Position numbers and translations under genes: made by a program | Notes under the pieces: generated by a model | Database searches by the model: none | The model's input: the letters and a program-made list of their open reading frames with translations, nothing else | Told to the model about the DNA's origin: nothing | Shown: positions 23,851 to 34,603 of the stretch, one piece after another | How positions within the stretch are numbered: position 1 is the stretch's first letter | How the letters are laid out: each line of letters begins with the position of its first letter | Assembly (NCBI GenBank): GCA_977862235.1 | Contig: OZ374557.1 | Location: 1,426,001-1,490,000, forward strand | Source: Dudresnaya verticillata | Lineage: Eukaryota | DNA length: 64,000 nucleotides | Reading direction: 5' to 3'

Positions 23851-24179
23851 GTGTACCTACACAAGGCATAATTTGGATATCTGCCTGGCCTGACAATTTG
23901 TTTGTTCCCTTAGATTTTGGAGGCATTAGTTTCTGGACAGGGATTGGTACTCGTCCTAGTTTGGTTCGACGGGCCATATATTCAACCTGAGCTCAGGCTC
24001 ACAGTTCGCCTCCACACTTATAACGCCCTGGGTGCGCAAATGCACGTATGGCCTTCGGCTATTGTAGAAGAGTGTGAGTTATTATAGAAGAGTGTGTGAA
24101 CTTACCAGGCGTGTACCAGATATCCATATGTCTAAGGCTTCTTCCGGTTTAATTGGCCAATTAGATAGTACAGAAAGTC

Positions 24180-24444
24180 TGTAAAGGGAGGCATGCTTGA
24201 ACCTCCAAAAAGGGAAAAGAACAACACGAAAAGGGGAGAAACATTCTTGGACAGACTTGAACGGGACGAACTTCTACTGACTCAAGTACCCGTACTGTTT
24301 CCCGGCAGCCGTGACCTACTATTTCGGCGCTATTCAATATTCAGATTGATGCATGTATGGCGCTTCCTTCGGAACCCTGGTTCCCTATTCGGCAAGAATG
24401 GTATAGAATATATTCTTATTGCTTATAATATTCCTACCCTTACA
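24180..24444. repeat. Solo LTR (265 bp)
   Basis: TGTAAAGGG...CCCTTACA termini flanked by AAGTC/AAATC (4 of 5 match, target-site duplication). Confidence 0.65.
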
Positions 24445-25827
24445 AAATCAGGGAAATAAGAGCTCCTGACTAGAAACGCCGTCACAGAACACACGTGTTT
24501 AGGCGTCACAGCCTCATATGACTATGGTGAACAGTGCAGATAGTATTTGCCATTTTCATGCACAGTCGTGTGCACAATGTTCATACGCAGTCATGTAACG
24601 TTTTGATATTGCAGTTTGTTACTCACCTGAGCTCCTCTTTGCGGAGAGTAAATTATTTTCGAGGACCGTAGCGAAGGAAAGTGTGAAGCTTGTGTCGACC
24701 TAAATCTGTTTTTTATAGCGTAGAACATTTCTGCGTGTATTATTGGACACGGTGTTTGAAAGTCTCACCCTCAACTTGAAACAGTTGAGCCTCAAACTGA
24801 GTCGGGAATGCAAACAATCCATGAATGGGGTCTAACAACGGAAAATGCTCCGGTAGTCTTGCGAGACCTTCTAGAAACGGCAGATGACTGTTGTTAACTT
24901 CCACAAGCTGGAGCATTTTCTGGTAAACAAAGCCCATGTACACTCAGAGATGATATATTTTGCTTGGTGCTCGATGCGAAGACGGAAAAAGCGCTTGGAC
25001 TTTGCTCTTTGCTGAAGGAGACAGTCCGTATCTGTTTTGCCGAAACGGGCCCTCGGTTTACAATGGGAAATGATAGCTCCAGCTTTACTGTTGAAGGATT
25101 CTGCGGTGAGCCCAGACCGGCAGAGACATGAGAGTTGGAAACATACAGAGCAGGCCCTTGGGATTAAGAGGAAGCAATGCCCGCCTGAAACGCCTCAAGT
25201 GTCCAGGGCTACTCTGGGGTACCCTGACCGACCGCTGCGCGAATGTATTGGATCGCGGTCGCAAACTGGTACGACCACGCGTGCTATGAGCATGGGTAAC
25301 TGGGCTCGAGTCGATAATTTGTTCAAGGAGTTATTGAATACCCACTTTAGACCCCTCAAAACGGAAGCACTACCTCAGAAACTTCTTCGCTCTAACCATC
25401 CCCGCGCCTGTAGGTTTGAGGACCTCGCAGTTCCCCCATTAGACTGCGCGCGTTGCACTTGAAACTGCGAAGACCTCAGACTAGTAGTTCGAGGTCGTCT
25501 CTGTTCCCAGCTTGATGTCTCGCCCCCATATGAATACTATTAAATATGGAGCGATGCATTAGGCATGGTACCCTGCATATAATCGTACTTGCACCATGCG
25601 CACATGACCACGGCAAAGAATCACAGCCCGGGCTGTCATCCACATACTGGGCTTTGGGTCCTCCGTGCAAATACAGGTGATGGATGGCCGTGAAGGGTGT
25701 CGTAGTCGGTTGGAACTTATGAGTGGACAGAGTAGGGAATGACCCCTGGGTTCGCGGCGGAAGCGCTCAATATCAGGGACTGGGACTTTGCCTAGGTTCA
25801 AAGTGGAATTGTGTAGGACAATGCCTG

Positions 25828-26240
25828 CAGCAGTAAGGCACGGGGGGCTGCGTGCGCGTTGCGCAGGTATAGCTAAGTGCAATATGGGCGCAGTAGCGCA
25901 CGGGGGACAGGGCGCGCGGTGCGCAGCCGTGGCTAAGTAATTTCCGGGCGCAGTACCGCACGGCAGTCTGGGGGCGCGGCGGAATTGGACAGGACCGTAC
26001 TTGGGGGCAGTAGTGACCGGGGGCCAGGGCGCGGGGTGCGCAAGTACGGCTAGTTAATTTCTGGGCGCAGTAGCCCACGGGGGCCTGGGTGTGCGGCGGA
26101 ATTGGTCCGAACAGTGCGCGGAGACAGTAGCGCACGGGGCCCTGGGAGCGCGGCGGAAGCGGCGAGGACAGAGCATGGGCGCACTATCGACAGCACTGGG
26201 AGGGGACGATCTCTGGGCGCAGAGCGCCCGCAGCCTTGGG
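25828..26240. repeat. Degenerate GC-rich tandem repeat, 57/60-bp units
   Basis: GCAGTAGCGCACGGGG-like core at ~25830, 25890, 25950, 26007, 26067, 26124, then decaying. Confidence 0.85.
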
Positions 26241-26668
26241 TGCGGCGCGAGAACGGGGCGGGAGTGGGCCAGGACAATTTCTGGAAAAGATATTGAGGAA
26301 GGCCAGGGACGGCCGAGGGCTGTGCCGGGGGCGTGGGAAAATTCGGATTAAAATTGGGTGCAAAAAGTATGAAAGTTGGAACGTTTTGCGAAAGTTTTCG
26401 AAAGTTTCGGCCGCACGGCGAAAAGCACGGAAACTGCTATAACTTTCGAAGGACACGTTCGTTTAGAACACAGTTTTCACCACTACACTCAGCGCACGCT
26501 CTCCTTTCCCACGCACGAAAGAAATATCTGTTCCGAAAAATTCTGTGCGGCATGAATAATTCTGCTACTCCGGAAATCAGCGTTACGAGGCGGATATCGC
26601 GGGAAACATTGCCGCATTCAGCCAATCGGGTGGCGCGGCTTGGCGGCCAGCCAATGGGGTTGCAGCTT

Positions 26669-26713
26669 TGCTGCTCCTGCTGCTGATGCTGCTGATGCTG
26701 CTGCTGCTGCTGA
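26669..26713. repeat. (GCT)n/(GAT) microsatellite
   Basis: TGCTGCTCCTGCTGCTGATGCTGCTGATGCTGCTGCTGCTGCTGA. Confidence 0.9.
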
Positions 26714-26782
26714 AGTTTTCTACTGGGTGGAAAAGGGTGATCTAGTATTATTTTTAGGCGTGCGTAGAAATAGGTTTGACGG

Positions 26783-26887
26783 CAAGGGATGGTATTGGCT
26801 GGTGGACGTTTACTTTCTGTAATTTTTTACGTGTAATAAACCCTCGACCAAACTCCTACACTGACAAATCATTACTATGAGGAGAAC
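26783..26887 (+). repeat. Diverged ~105-bp direct repeat, copy 1
   Basis: CAAGGGATGGTA...CCCTCGAC...AATCATTACT.TGAGGAGAA recurs at 27615-27718. Confidence 0.8.
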
Positions 26888-27614
26888 AAGGGAAACGACG
26901 CGGTGCTACGCGCCGCTATGCGGCGCGCCTTCGGCGCGGCTGACTCGTTTATGTTTTGTGGCAGCATGGGATACTGCGGGATACCGGGGTAAGTTTCGGT
27001 CAATTGGTAAGGACAGGTGTCTGAGAATTGCTTTCTAATGATATAAGTTTTCAAGCCGTGGGACAGGTGCGGTTTTAATCACATGAATTAAGAATGGAGG
27101 CGCACGGCGGGACTGTAAGATCGTATCGCTGTACCGCGGCGCCTCTGTAAATTTGCAGTCCGAACTGCAATACAGTGAGATGGCCTACAGAAGTAGGCCC
27201 TCTGCCCTCGTTTATACGCCGAAATAGCGTTACCTATGGGGCACCAGCAGGGACAAGACGGGTAATCTGTGATTGGTCCGAGTGTTACCCTGTAGGTCAG
27301 TAATTTAGCATCTGTCTTTTTATTTAGAATTTAAGGGTATCTTCCGGAGCGGTCACTGTGCAGTAAAGGCAAGCACCTTCCGGCCCCAACTACGTCTCCA
27401 AGCCATCGGCACCGCCGCAAACTCGTCACACGTGCCCGGTTAACCGCCTGCCCAGGGAACTACCGTCAGTATCCTGCTTCCAACTAGGATACTTGCCCTC
27501 GTCTACCCTCTAGGTTCCTCCTGCTCTACCACCGCTACCAGGTACCCGCTCTGCGGCTATCTCATTGAGTGCTCTCCTTGAGTTCACAACATACGTAAAA
27601 GGCACTTCCTTACA

Positions 27615-27718
27615 CAAGGGATGGTAATGGCCGGTTCATGTTAATGTTTTGTACTTTTTTACTTGTACTAAGCCCTCGACGAGTCTCCTACGCTTACTAA
27701 TCATTACTGTGAGGAGAA
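27615..27718 (+). repeat. Diverged ~105-bp direct repeat, copy 2
   Basis: Aligns with 26783-26887. Confidence 0.8.
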
Positions 27719-29145
27719 TACCAGAACATTTCCAAATCGACCCAGGAGGGGTCATTTAATTGGCCAAAGGCGCCACATGGCATACGTGGCAAAGTATGAT
27801 CGAATTATTTGTTACAATTAACCCAAGACGGGAAAAGGAAGAACTGGTAGCTCAATTTGTTGGGCTACTGTATTTAGGACAAGCGGTCATCAGATCGAAT
27901 CCCTATTCGAAGAATTGCAACCATTTAATTTCATGGCAGTGAGGAGGGGTGTAAGACCCCTCCCAAGAGCACCGCCATCAAGGACCATAGAGGAGTCTGC
28001 CGAAACCCGACTCGGGTCATTTCTACGCTGAAAAGGGGTGAGCTCCCGAGCTCACTTGGGTTCAGGCGTACGGCTACCACAGAGCAAATACCATGTTTAA
28101 CAGTAAACACCCTTGGAGGGAAGAGGGTCGAGGGAGGTATCGATCGCTGTTCACTTTCACCCATCACCTGATCTCCTCGTCAATAGTGTGGACGAATACT
28201 GTAAGCCATTGCTCAGCGCTGAAACAAATTCATTTACGGTCTACCTGTTCCAGTGCGCTCCGCGCGGAGGCTCACGGGACGGTACTATTAAAGACAATTG
28301 TACTGCACCCCCCCCCCCACCCGAGACAACACCGGCCTCGGGTGTGGGCTTTTCCGCAGTACCTACAGTGAACAAAAACCAATCAAATAACTAGCAAAAC
28401 GTAGCCATTGGGCCTCAGCGAGAGTGGAACCCGAGAACAAATTATCATTCCATGGCCCCTCCTGAGCCCTCCAGAGAGGGGGTCTAGTATAAATACCCCC
28501 AAACTACCATGTGTGCACAAGACCCCGGTCGCCTACAGACCGTGTTGTGGAGCCGGAAGGTCCGGCAATGACGGCCCTCTGGATAACTCAGAGTCAGAGC
28601 AAAGTCCGGGGGTGTAACCGGTTTGTTCTCGTGTCAACGACGTGTACCTGGCTGAGCAAAACACCCCGGGGTTAGTAAGCGATGCGCACTACTGGGGATT
28701 TTTCCCCCAGTCGTTTTCAAGATTTTCCAGAACTACTTGCGCTCGCCGTCCAGCGAGTCAATCATCTTTTGACCAATGATGGGCCTAAATGAATTCCAAT
28801 ACGACACCGTACGCAGAACCCATAAGAGAGAGGCTAAGTCAAGGGCGGGTGGGTGCAGAAAGGGAGAGGCATGCCAAGGCGTCCATATCGCCGGCGGCGG
28901 CGAGCTCAAGTCGATTCGTGTGTGCGCGCCTGGACAGATCTGATCCGGCGTAGCTGGGATCCAATTAATTGGATCTCACGGAATTTCGTACGCGTCGTGC
29001 AGCGCCAGCTCACCTGGCCACCCTCGCTATTTAGTTGATACTTTGTTTCATCTGTGTAAACACTGGTCTACACAAGACGAAAAGCCCAACAACAACCGCA
29101 GTAGCGAACTGGAGTCCGCGAGGGGCTTGAACATCGACGGCCGGG

Positions 29146-30097
29146 CTATTCAAGCGCGGGGGCAATTTGGCCCGGTGCACTCGGCGCCGGGTAACTACAC
29201 AGCCAAAACGATGCGGTTGTCACTCTCAGGGTACGGTCAAAATAAACCGCCGGCATATCGGAGCTGCGGGGACCCCAACCAAACCGAGATACCCGAACTT
29301 CAAAGGGAGTACCGAGCAACACCTGCTCTGAATGCGCACCGACCCGCAACAAGTGTGATATGTACTTTCCACCCGCCAGGGGAGAGATTCGGAGCTCAAT
29401 GAGGCAATGTTGCAAAGCCGTAGTGAGGGTTCGACACGCAAGGTCCTGTCGGTCCCCGGTGAGGACGAAGAAGCGCGAATGGTCCGGGCGGCGCGACTGC
29501 CAGCGATTCCAAAGGTCTACCGGGGAGGCGAGTGTTGTCCATCGTTCGTAGGATACAAGTTGCTGCTGACTTGCATGACGACCTTTCCAATGCGAAAGAC
29601 GAGCAACGATGGAAGACTGGGTGAGCGTCACTTGGTCGGCGTCAAGCGTGATGACAGAACTTTCGCGAAGGCCATTCAAGCGGTATGCAAACACACACGC
29701 AGCTGCATCACGCATCAGGCCGATGTCATCCGTGTGCACCTCAATACCCCAAACCTGTTGCACAACTGAAGCGGAAACTCCACAGCGGACAGCCGTTTGG
29801 GGGAAGTTGTCTTCCTCCCGCTTGCCATACGCGCGAACCACGTGAGGAACAAGGTTGAAAGATGGAACCGGAACGCCAAGGCAGGTCACTTGCATCTGTC
29901 GGACAACGGAAAGGTACTGGGGGATGGAAGAACCGCTGACCGAGCGTCTGCGTGCCTGTCGCTCTTGCATCAACCAACCGATGAACGCCAGAAAATGTGC
30001 CTCGGTGATGGGAAGTAGCGTTCTCCCTTCGGATTTGCAGAACAGAACCCAGCACTTCCATTGAGAATTTCGTGTTCGCGTCGTGCGGTCTTCGCAA
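29146..30097 (-). pseudogene. Tyrosine recombinase
   Basis: GLRESS, SHLLRVGA, RFGW...MPAVY (R...HxxR...W...Y); frameshift near the N-terminus. Confidence 0.85.
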
Positions 30098-30185
30098 GGG
30101 TACTATTCGATTAGAAGTGATGGCTGGCGTAGTCCCGCTGTAGGAACCATCGATGCAAATATCTGAGCCGCACCCGTGCCCAGGG

Positions 30186-32150
30186 CTAGGCCAGCTTGGG
30201 CAGATCTTTCTTCCCTCTCGTCGCCAGATTGACGTCGAACATCAACAGGCGCCATTGTGGATTGATCCGCCTCCACCCAACCCATACTGCCGCCGCTGTC
30301 TGCGGCAATTGCCGCAGTAATGTCTCGAAGGGCAGTGCGGCGTGGTGCCATGGCTGCCGAGGCCAGTCCGGTATCAGAAGCACTGCCGGACACCGGGATG
30401 TCGTGAGATTGTGAACCGTGCCTGGATGAGGTCTACCGGTTGGAAGAGGAGTCGTACTTGGCTCTGGTCCCATGGAGATACTAGCTCCGCTTACGCTTGG
30501 CGGTGTTGAATGACGGCGTGTCCCCCGACGGGGCGAAATCGGAACGCGTCTCTCGGCGCTTGCATACTAACCACCACGGAATGCCCCAACTGCCTGTGGA
30601 TCTGTAAGTCTGCTCATCGGAAGTGTCGCGAGAGGCCATCGGCAAACTTGTTGGCTACAGAAGAGATCCACTCGGATCGTATCTGCAACCCAAGTTGGTC
30701 TAGGACCAACTTGAGGCGGCGAAGGTCGGGCATCATTGGATGACTTGCGCTTACGAAAGCGTTGGTGATGTGGACAACTGCTTGGTTGTAAACATGAAGG
30801 AGAAGCTGGCGATGACCTTGCATAGCAATCTTGTTTCCGAAAGACCCCATCAAGAGCAAGAAGATCGCCTTGAGTTCTCGAAAGCTGATACTTCAGGCCC
30901 TGTATTACTTACCAGCTCCAAATTACTTGCGAGCGCCAATGTCCGTCCACTCCACCTTGAAGGTCGGACTGATTGGGGGTTCTACCATATCCGACGTCCG
31001 CGGCGTCTGAATGGATCGGTGCCATGGGATTCGGCGGCACCATCAGCCATCCTTCCAACTCGTCCCGGGATAGGTTTCTCCAACGACGTAAATCTCTCAC
31101 GCTCTGATGACTGAGACGAATAAGCCCTCGAGAGTCTTTCTTGCGGGCTTTGCCGAAATCCCAGTACAGTTCCCGGGTATAGAAACGGGTCCACGGCAAT
31201 GCGGGTGACAACGCTACACAAACACCACAGAAGTGCATTACGGCTTCCTTGGTTACCCACCGGCAACCAAACATGGATTCCCGCAGCAACTTTCCAGATA
31301 ACTCCCAAGCATTTTCAACTTGCGATAGGCGTTGATGAATCGCATTGAGCGGCTGTCTATCTGCACCCCGAGGTGCTCGATGACTGTGCTGCCCTGCCAT
31401 TCGCCATTCAAAGGATGCCTGGTTAAGCCTAATACCTTCAACAGCTTCTGTACGTATTATCGAGCCCTTCTACAGTGCGTTAGGCTTTCTATAACCTCAG
31501 GTGGGGATGGTGCTATCAAGAAGTCGTCGAGATAGGCCAGCACTCGTAAACCAGCCTCTCGGAGAAGTCGAACATTGCGATAAGCTGCGTAAACCACAGC
31601 AGAGAACGACCCCAGCCGAATAGCAGGGCAACACTTCTGTAGTAACGCCCGTTGTACCGAGAGATGAACCAGTCTCTCATCCTTGGATGAAGCCGGAAAT
31701 GCCGGTAGCCGCTCTTGATATCGATGGAGAGGAAGTGGTCCCCTTTTTGAATCGACATGGCGAAGCCTGAAAGAGATTCCATTTGAACTGTTACTTTTCT
31801 CCAGTGTTTGGATTGCTTGCTCAGATTCAATACAAGACGGCCCTTCTGCTCACCCTCGGCCTGTTAGTGCCATACAACGAAGGCTGATGATATGATTGAG
31901 CCTTTTCCAAGAGTCAGAGCGGATCCTAGCGGCATCCTATCCGATGATATCTCCTCGTATATTCCTTCTTGACAATCATCTCGGAGATCTTTCTCCGAAA
32001 ATCGCTGGTCCTCCCTGGTCTGCGGGATCTCCCCCATTTATAGCCCTTCTCCAGGTACGAATGGAGTTGACTGCTGATCGAAGATCCCGGACTGAAATGA
32101 ACGGCATAAATAGTCGGAACAGCCCAGTTGGCGCCATGACTCTACACTAG
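30186..32150 (-). pseudogene. DIRS RT, RNase H and methyltransferase-like domain
   Basis: SIDIKSGYRHF, LLFGWGRS, YLDDFL, IEHLGVQID, IHSDAADVGYG, NKFADGLSR, VLLIPDWPRQPWH. Confidence 0.88.
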
Positions 32151-32192
32151 ATTTCGTCTCGTACCAAAGCGGGCGCCCTAAAGCGATAGTAA

Positions 32193-32900
32193 CTAATTCT
32201 GTCCGGTGGACCCACCCTTCCCAGCTCGTTTCGTTGCGGTGCTGGCGCTCAGAGTGGCTACCGCCTTCATACATTGGGTTTTCATGTGCGTGTCAAGCTT
32301 ATTCATGGCTTCTGTGAGGTCATCAGCAGGGGTGACCTCGTTCCTCTGCTCCAAAACGGGTAGTATCATCTTCGCATATGTAGGATCCTTGGCTGACATT
32401 CTGTAGAACTGCCTCCGTAAACCGACAACTCTAGGACCATAACTTACGGTAATTGTAGACCACACGTCGAGAATCTTTGCATCATCAACCTCCTTCTTGT
32501 CGAAGCTCTCTTGTCGAAGATCAATCGCTGACTGATGAAATGCCATCCAATAACCAGCCGCGTTAGTGTAGCTGGATTCATACTCATACACAGCTCGAAG
32601 AGTAGAATGCTTCTCCATATGTGGACGCATCGGCCAGTCACGGTACTCAAAGAACCCGCCTTCACAGATGGCTACGCCGACTGTGCCACACCGGCACCTT
32701 GTTCATAGGGATAGGGTTTTACACCGAAGTCCTTGTCATCTCGGCAGCGTCGGACGATCTGACTGTATGCACGCACCCAATTAGCATCGAACTCAGCGTC
32801 CACCAGACTTTTCTCGCTGCTGACCTCCTTTGCCTTGGAAAGGAACTCTTCGACCAGCTTCCGATTATTTCCGATATCAATTGTTATTGTTGAAACAACG
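32193..32900 (-). pseudogene. DIRS ORF1 (gag-like), disrupted
   Basis: Protein-like frames directly upstream of RT on the same strand; positional call only. Confidence 0.55.
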
Positions 32901-33011
32901 ATCGGCCTTGTAACTTTTGACCGGTTTCAATGTGCCTACTGTGGTAAAGACACTGTGCGCAAAACGACTCCGTGGTGTACGTGAAATTAATCGAGAAATA
33001 CGAATTTCGAA

Positions 33012-33190
33012 ATGACTCCGTGAATGCGCACGCCACGATGGCAAACGTATTACAGTGCGCATACTGTGCGCGCGCCACGATGGCATGCGCATTACAGCAC
33101 GCGCGACGAAATCGGTGACACCTCCGGACGAATTCCGAGCTGACTCCGTGATGGCGCACGCCACGATGGCACTCGCATTACAGTGCGCGC
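33012..33190. repeat. Short imperfect tandem repeats upstream of DIRS ORF1
   Basis: CGCCACGATGGCA...ATTACAG three times, two of them preceded by TGACTCCGTGA. Confidence 0.8.
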
Positions 33191-33763
33191 CCGATACGAA
33201 ATCGCTGAGTCCTTCGTGATCTTCCCGTTGTTTCCTGTGCGTAACGGAACCGAGGCACGACGCGCGTTCACCTCCACATGCATCTCTGGCGCACTTCGTA
33301 ACAGCCACCATACGTGAGACGACCGTTTGTTGGCATTGAGGCCGTTACGAATCATTCGAGTACGAACTGTCTCCGGTGTTGACGTGTATTCGTGCTTACG
33401 TAGTATTACTTAGCCAGTCGTCTGGCACAACCTCCTAGGTTTTCCGGCAAGCGACTAGCGCCCGGACCTCGGAGTCTTCGGTAAATGCCTGTTTCTTCGA
33501 GTTCGGTGTCTTCGTCTTCGTGACCGCGGATACGATCGAGCCTTGCTTTCGATAGCCTCGCGCACCCGGAGTCATCCCCGGTGATCGATCGCTCGCGTTC
33601 TCCCTTCCGCACACGAATACCTTGAAAGGCTGGTCCTTCGTGTAGGTCGCTCCGCTTTACCACGCTAAAACCCCTTCTCCTTTCTCCGTTAGGCTACTAG
33701 CCCACGCGTTAGGCGCCAAGGCCATTACTTACAATGCGAGACCCCCCGCATCACCGTGGACTT

Positions 33764-34438
33764 TGTGGTGAAGTGGCCGTTGTGGAGTGCCGACGACGGT
33801 TGAGCCGACTCGCGCCCGGCGCACCGGTGAGCTGGCGCCAAAAACCGACCGGGAGTGCGGCGACACAGTAGCACTGTACGCCTTGCTGGAGTCTGCGCGC
33901 ACCACCAATAGGAGCCAAGTAGTTGATTTATTTGTAATTAGGTAATTGTAATGATTCTGTACAGTACGTAGTGGCAGCTGGCCAATGAGAATGCCGAGCA
34001 TGTCCGCAACGGTGACCGGGACCAGTAGGGCCGGATCCACCTGGTGGACCAGACCCATTGGGGTCTGGCCCACACGGACAGGACCGCGGGGCGTATCTCC
34101 CAGTATATTAATGGGTGGCCTCCGCGAGCCCTACAGTAAACGGGTACGCAACCCTGGACAAAGTGATTTACCCTAAGCCTTACCCTAATAGTCCATTACG
34201 GTTTCCCCTCGCCAGCCCCGTGCACCGATTCCTCTTACCTCCGTCCCGGTGTAGCTGCCCTGGCACTGTACCGTCCCCCTTGTCTGTTCCGTCCCTTTAC
34301 TCCTTACAGATGTTGCCGCTCGAGGTACTCCCTTCGGTCTACGAACTAAGCTCTACTACCCCGGCGCCGTGTGAGATCACCCCTTATTGGGATTGCCTGA
34401 TCAGCTCTCCTTACAGGCGTGCCTTTCACTTCACCACA
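33764..34438 (+). repeat. 5' LTR of B1 (675 bp)
   Basis: TGTGGTGAAG/CTTCACCACA termini; homologous to the LTRs at 44817 and 50535. Confidence 0.95.
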
Positions 34439-34444
34439 TCTTTT

Positions 34445-34462
34445 TGGTCTCCCGACCTAGAA
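34445..34462 (+). promoter_or_regulatory. Primer-binding site TGGTCTCCCGACCTAGAA
   Basis: 6 nt after the LTR end. Confidence 0.9.
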
Positions 34463-34603
34463 AGACCGTCAAGGTAGAAGAATATCCGTTGGACTCCGCT
34501 TCGGTAGGAGATCAGCTTTGTGACAACTCCGTGTTGGTCTAAAGGTAGGACAACGCAAAACACTCGTTGAGACCGTTTTGGTATCCTAAGAATAGAAGAA
34601 TAC

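Larger units (their letters stand above)
29146..32900 (-). mobile_element. DIRS-type tyrosine-recombinase retrotransposon, degraded (termini not defined)
   Basis: Order ORF1, RT, RNase H, methyltransferase-like domain, tyrosine recombinase; no protease or DDE integrase. Confidence 0.9.

Noticed and set aside
24500..25700. Fragmented minus-strand frames that look protein-like
   Set aside because: No recognisable motif; cannot support a call
25828..26240. CRISPR-like array
   Set aside because: Repeats are degenerate, the intervening segments are related to each other, and no cas genes are present
27114..27614. Solo LTR TGTAAG...CTTACA
   Set aside because: Flanks GGGAC/CAAGG do not form a TSD and there is no second copy; left uncalled
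33400..33763. Possible LTR fragment ending ...TTACTTACA
   Set aside because: No matching terminus, TSD or adjacent PBS
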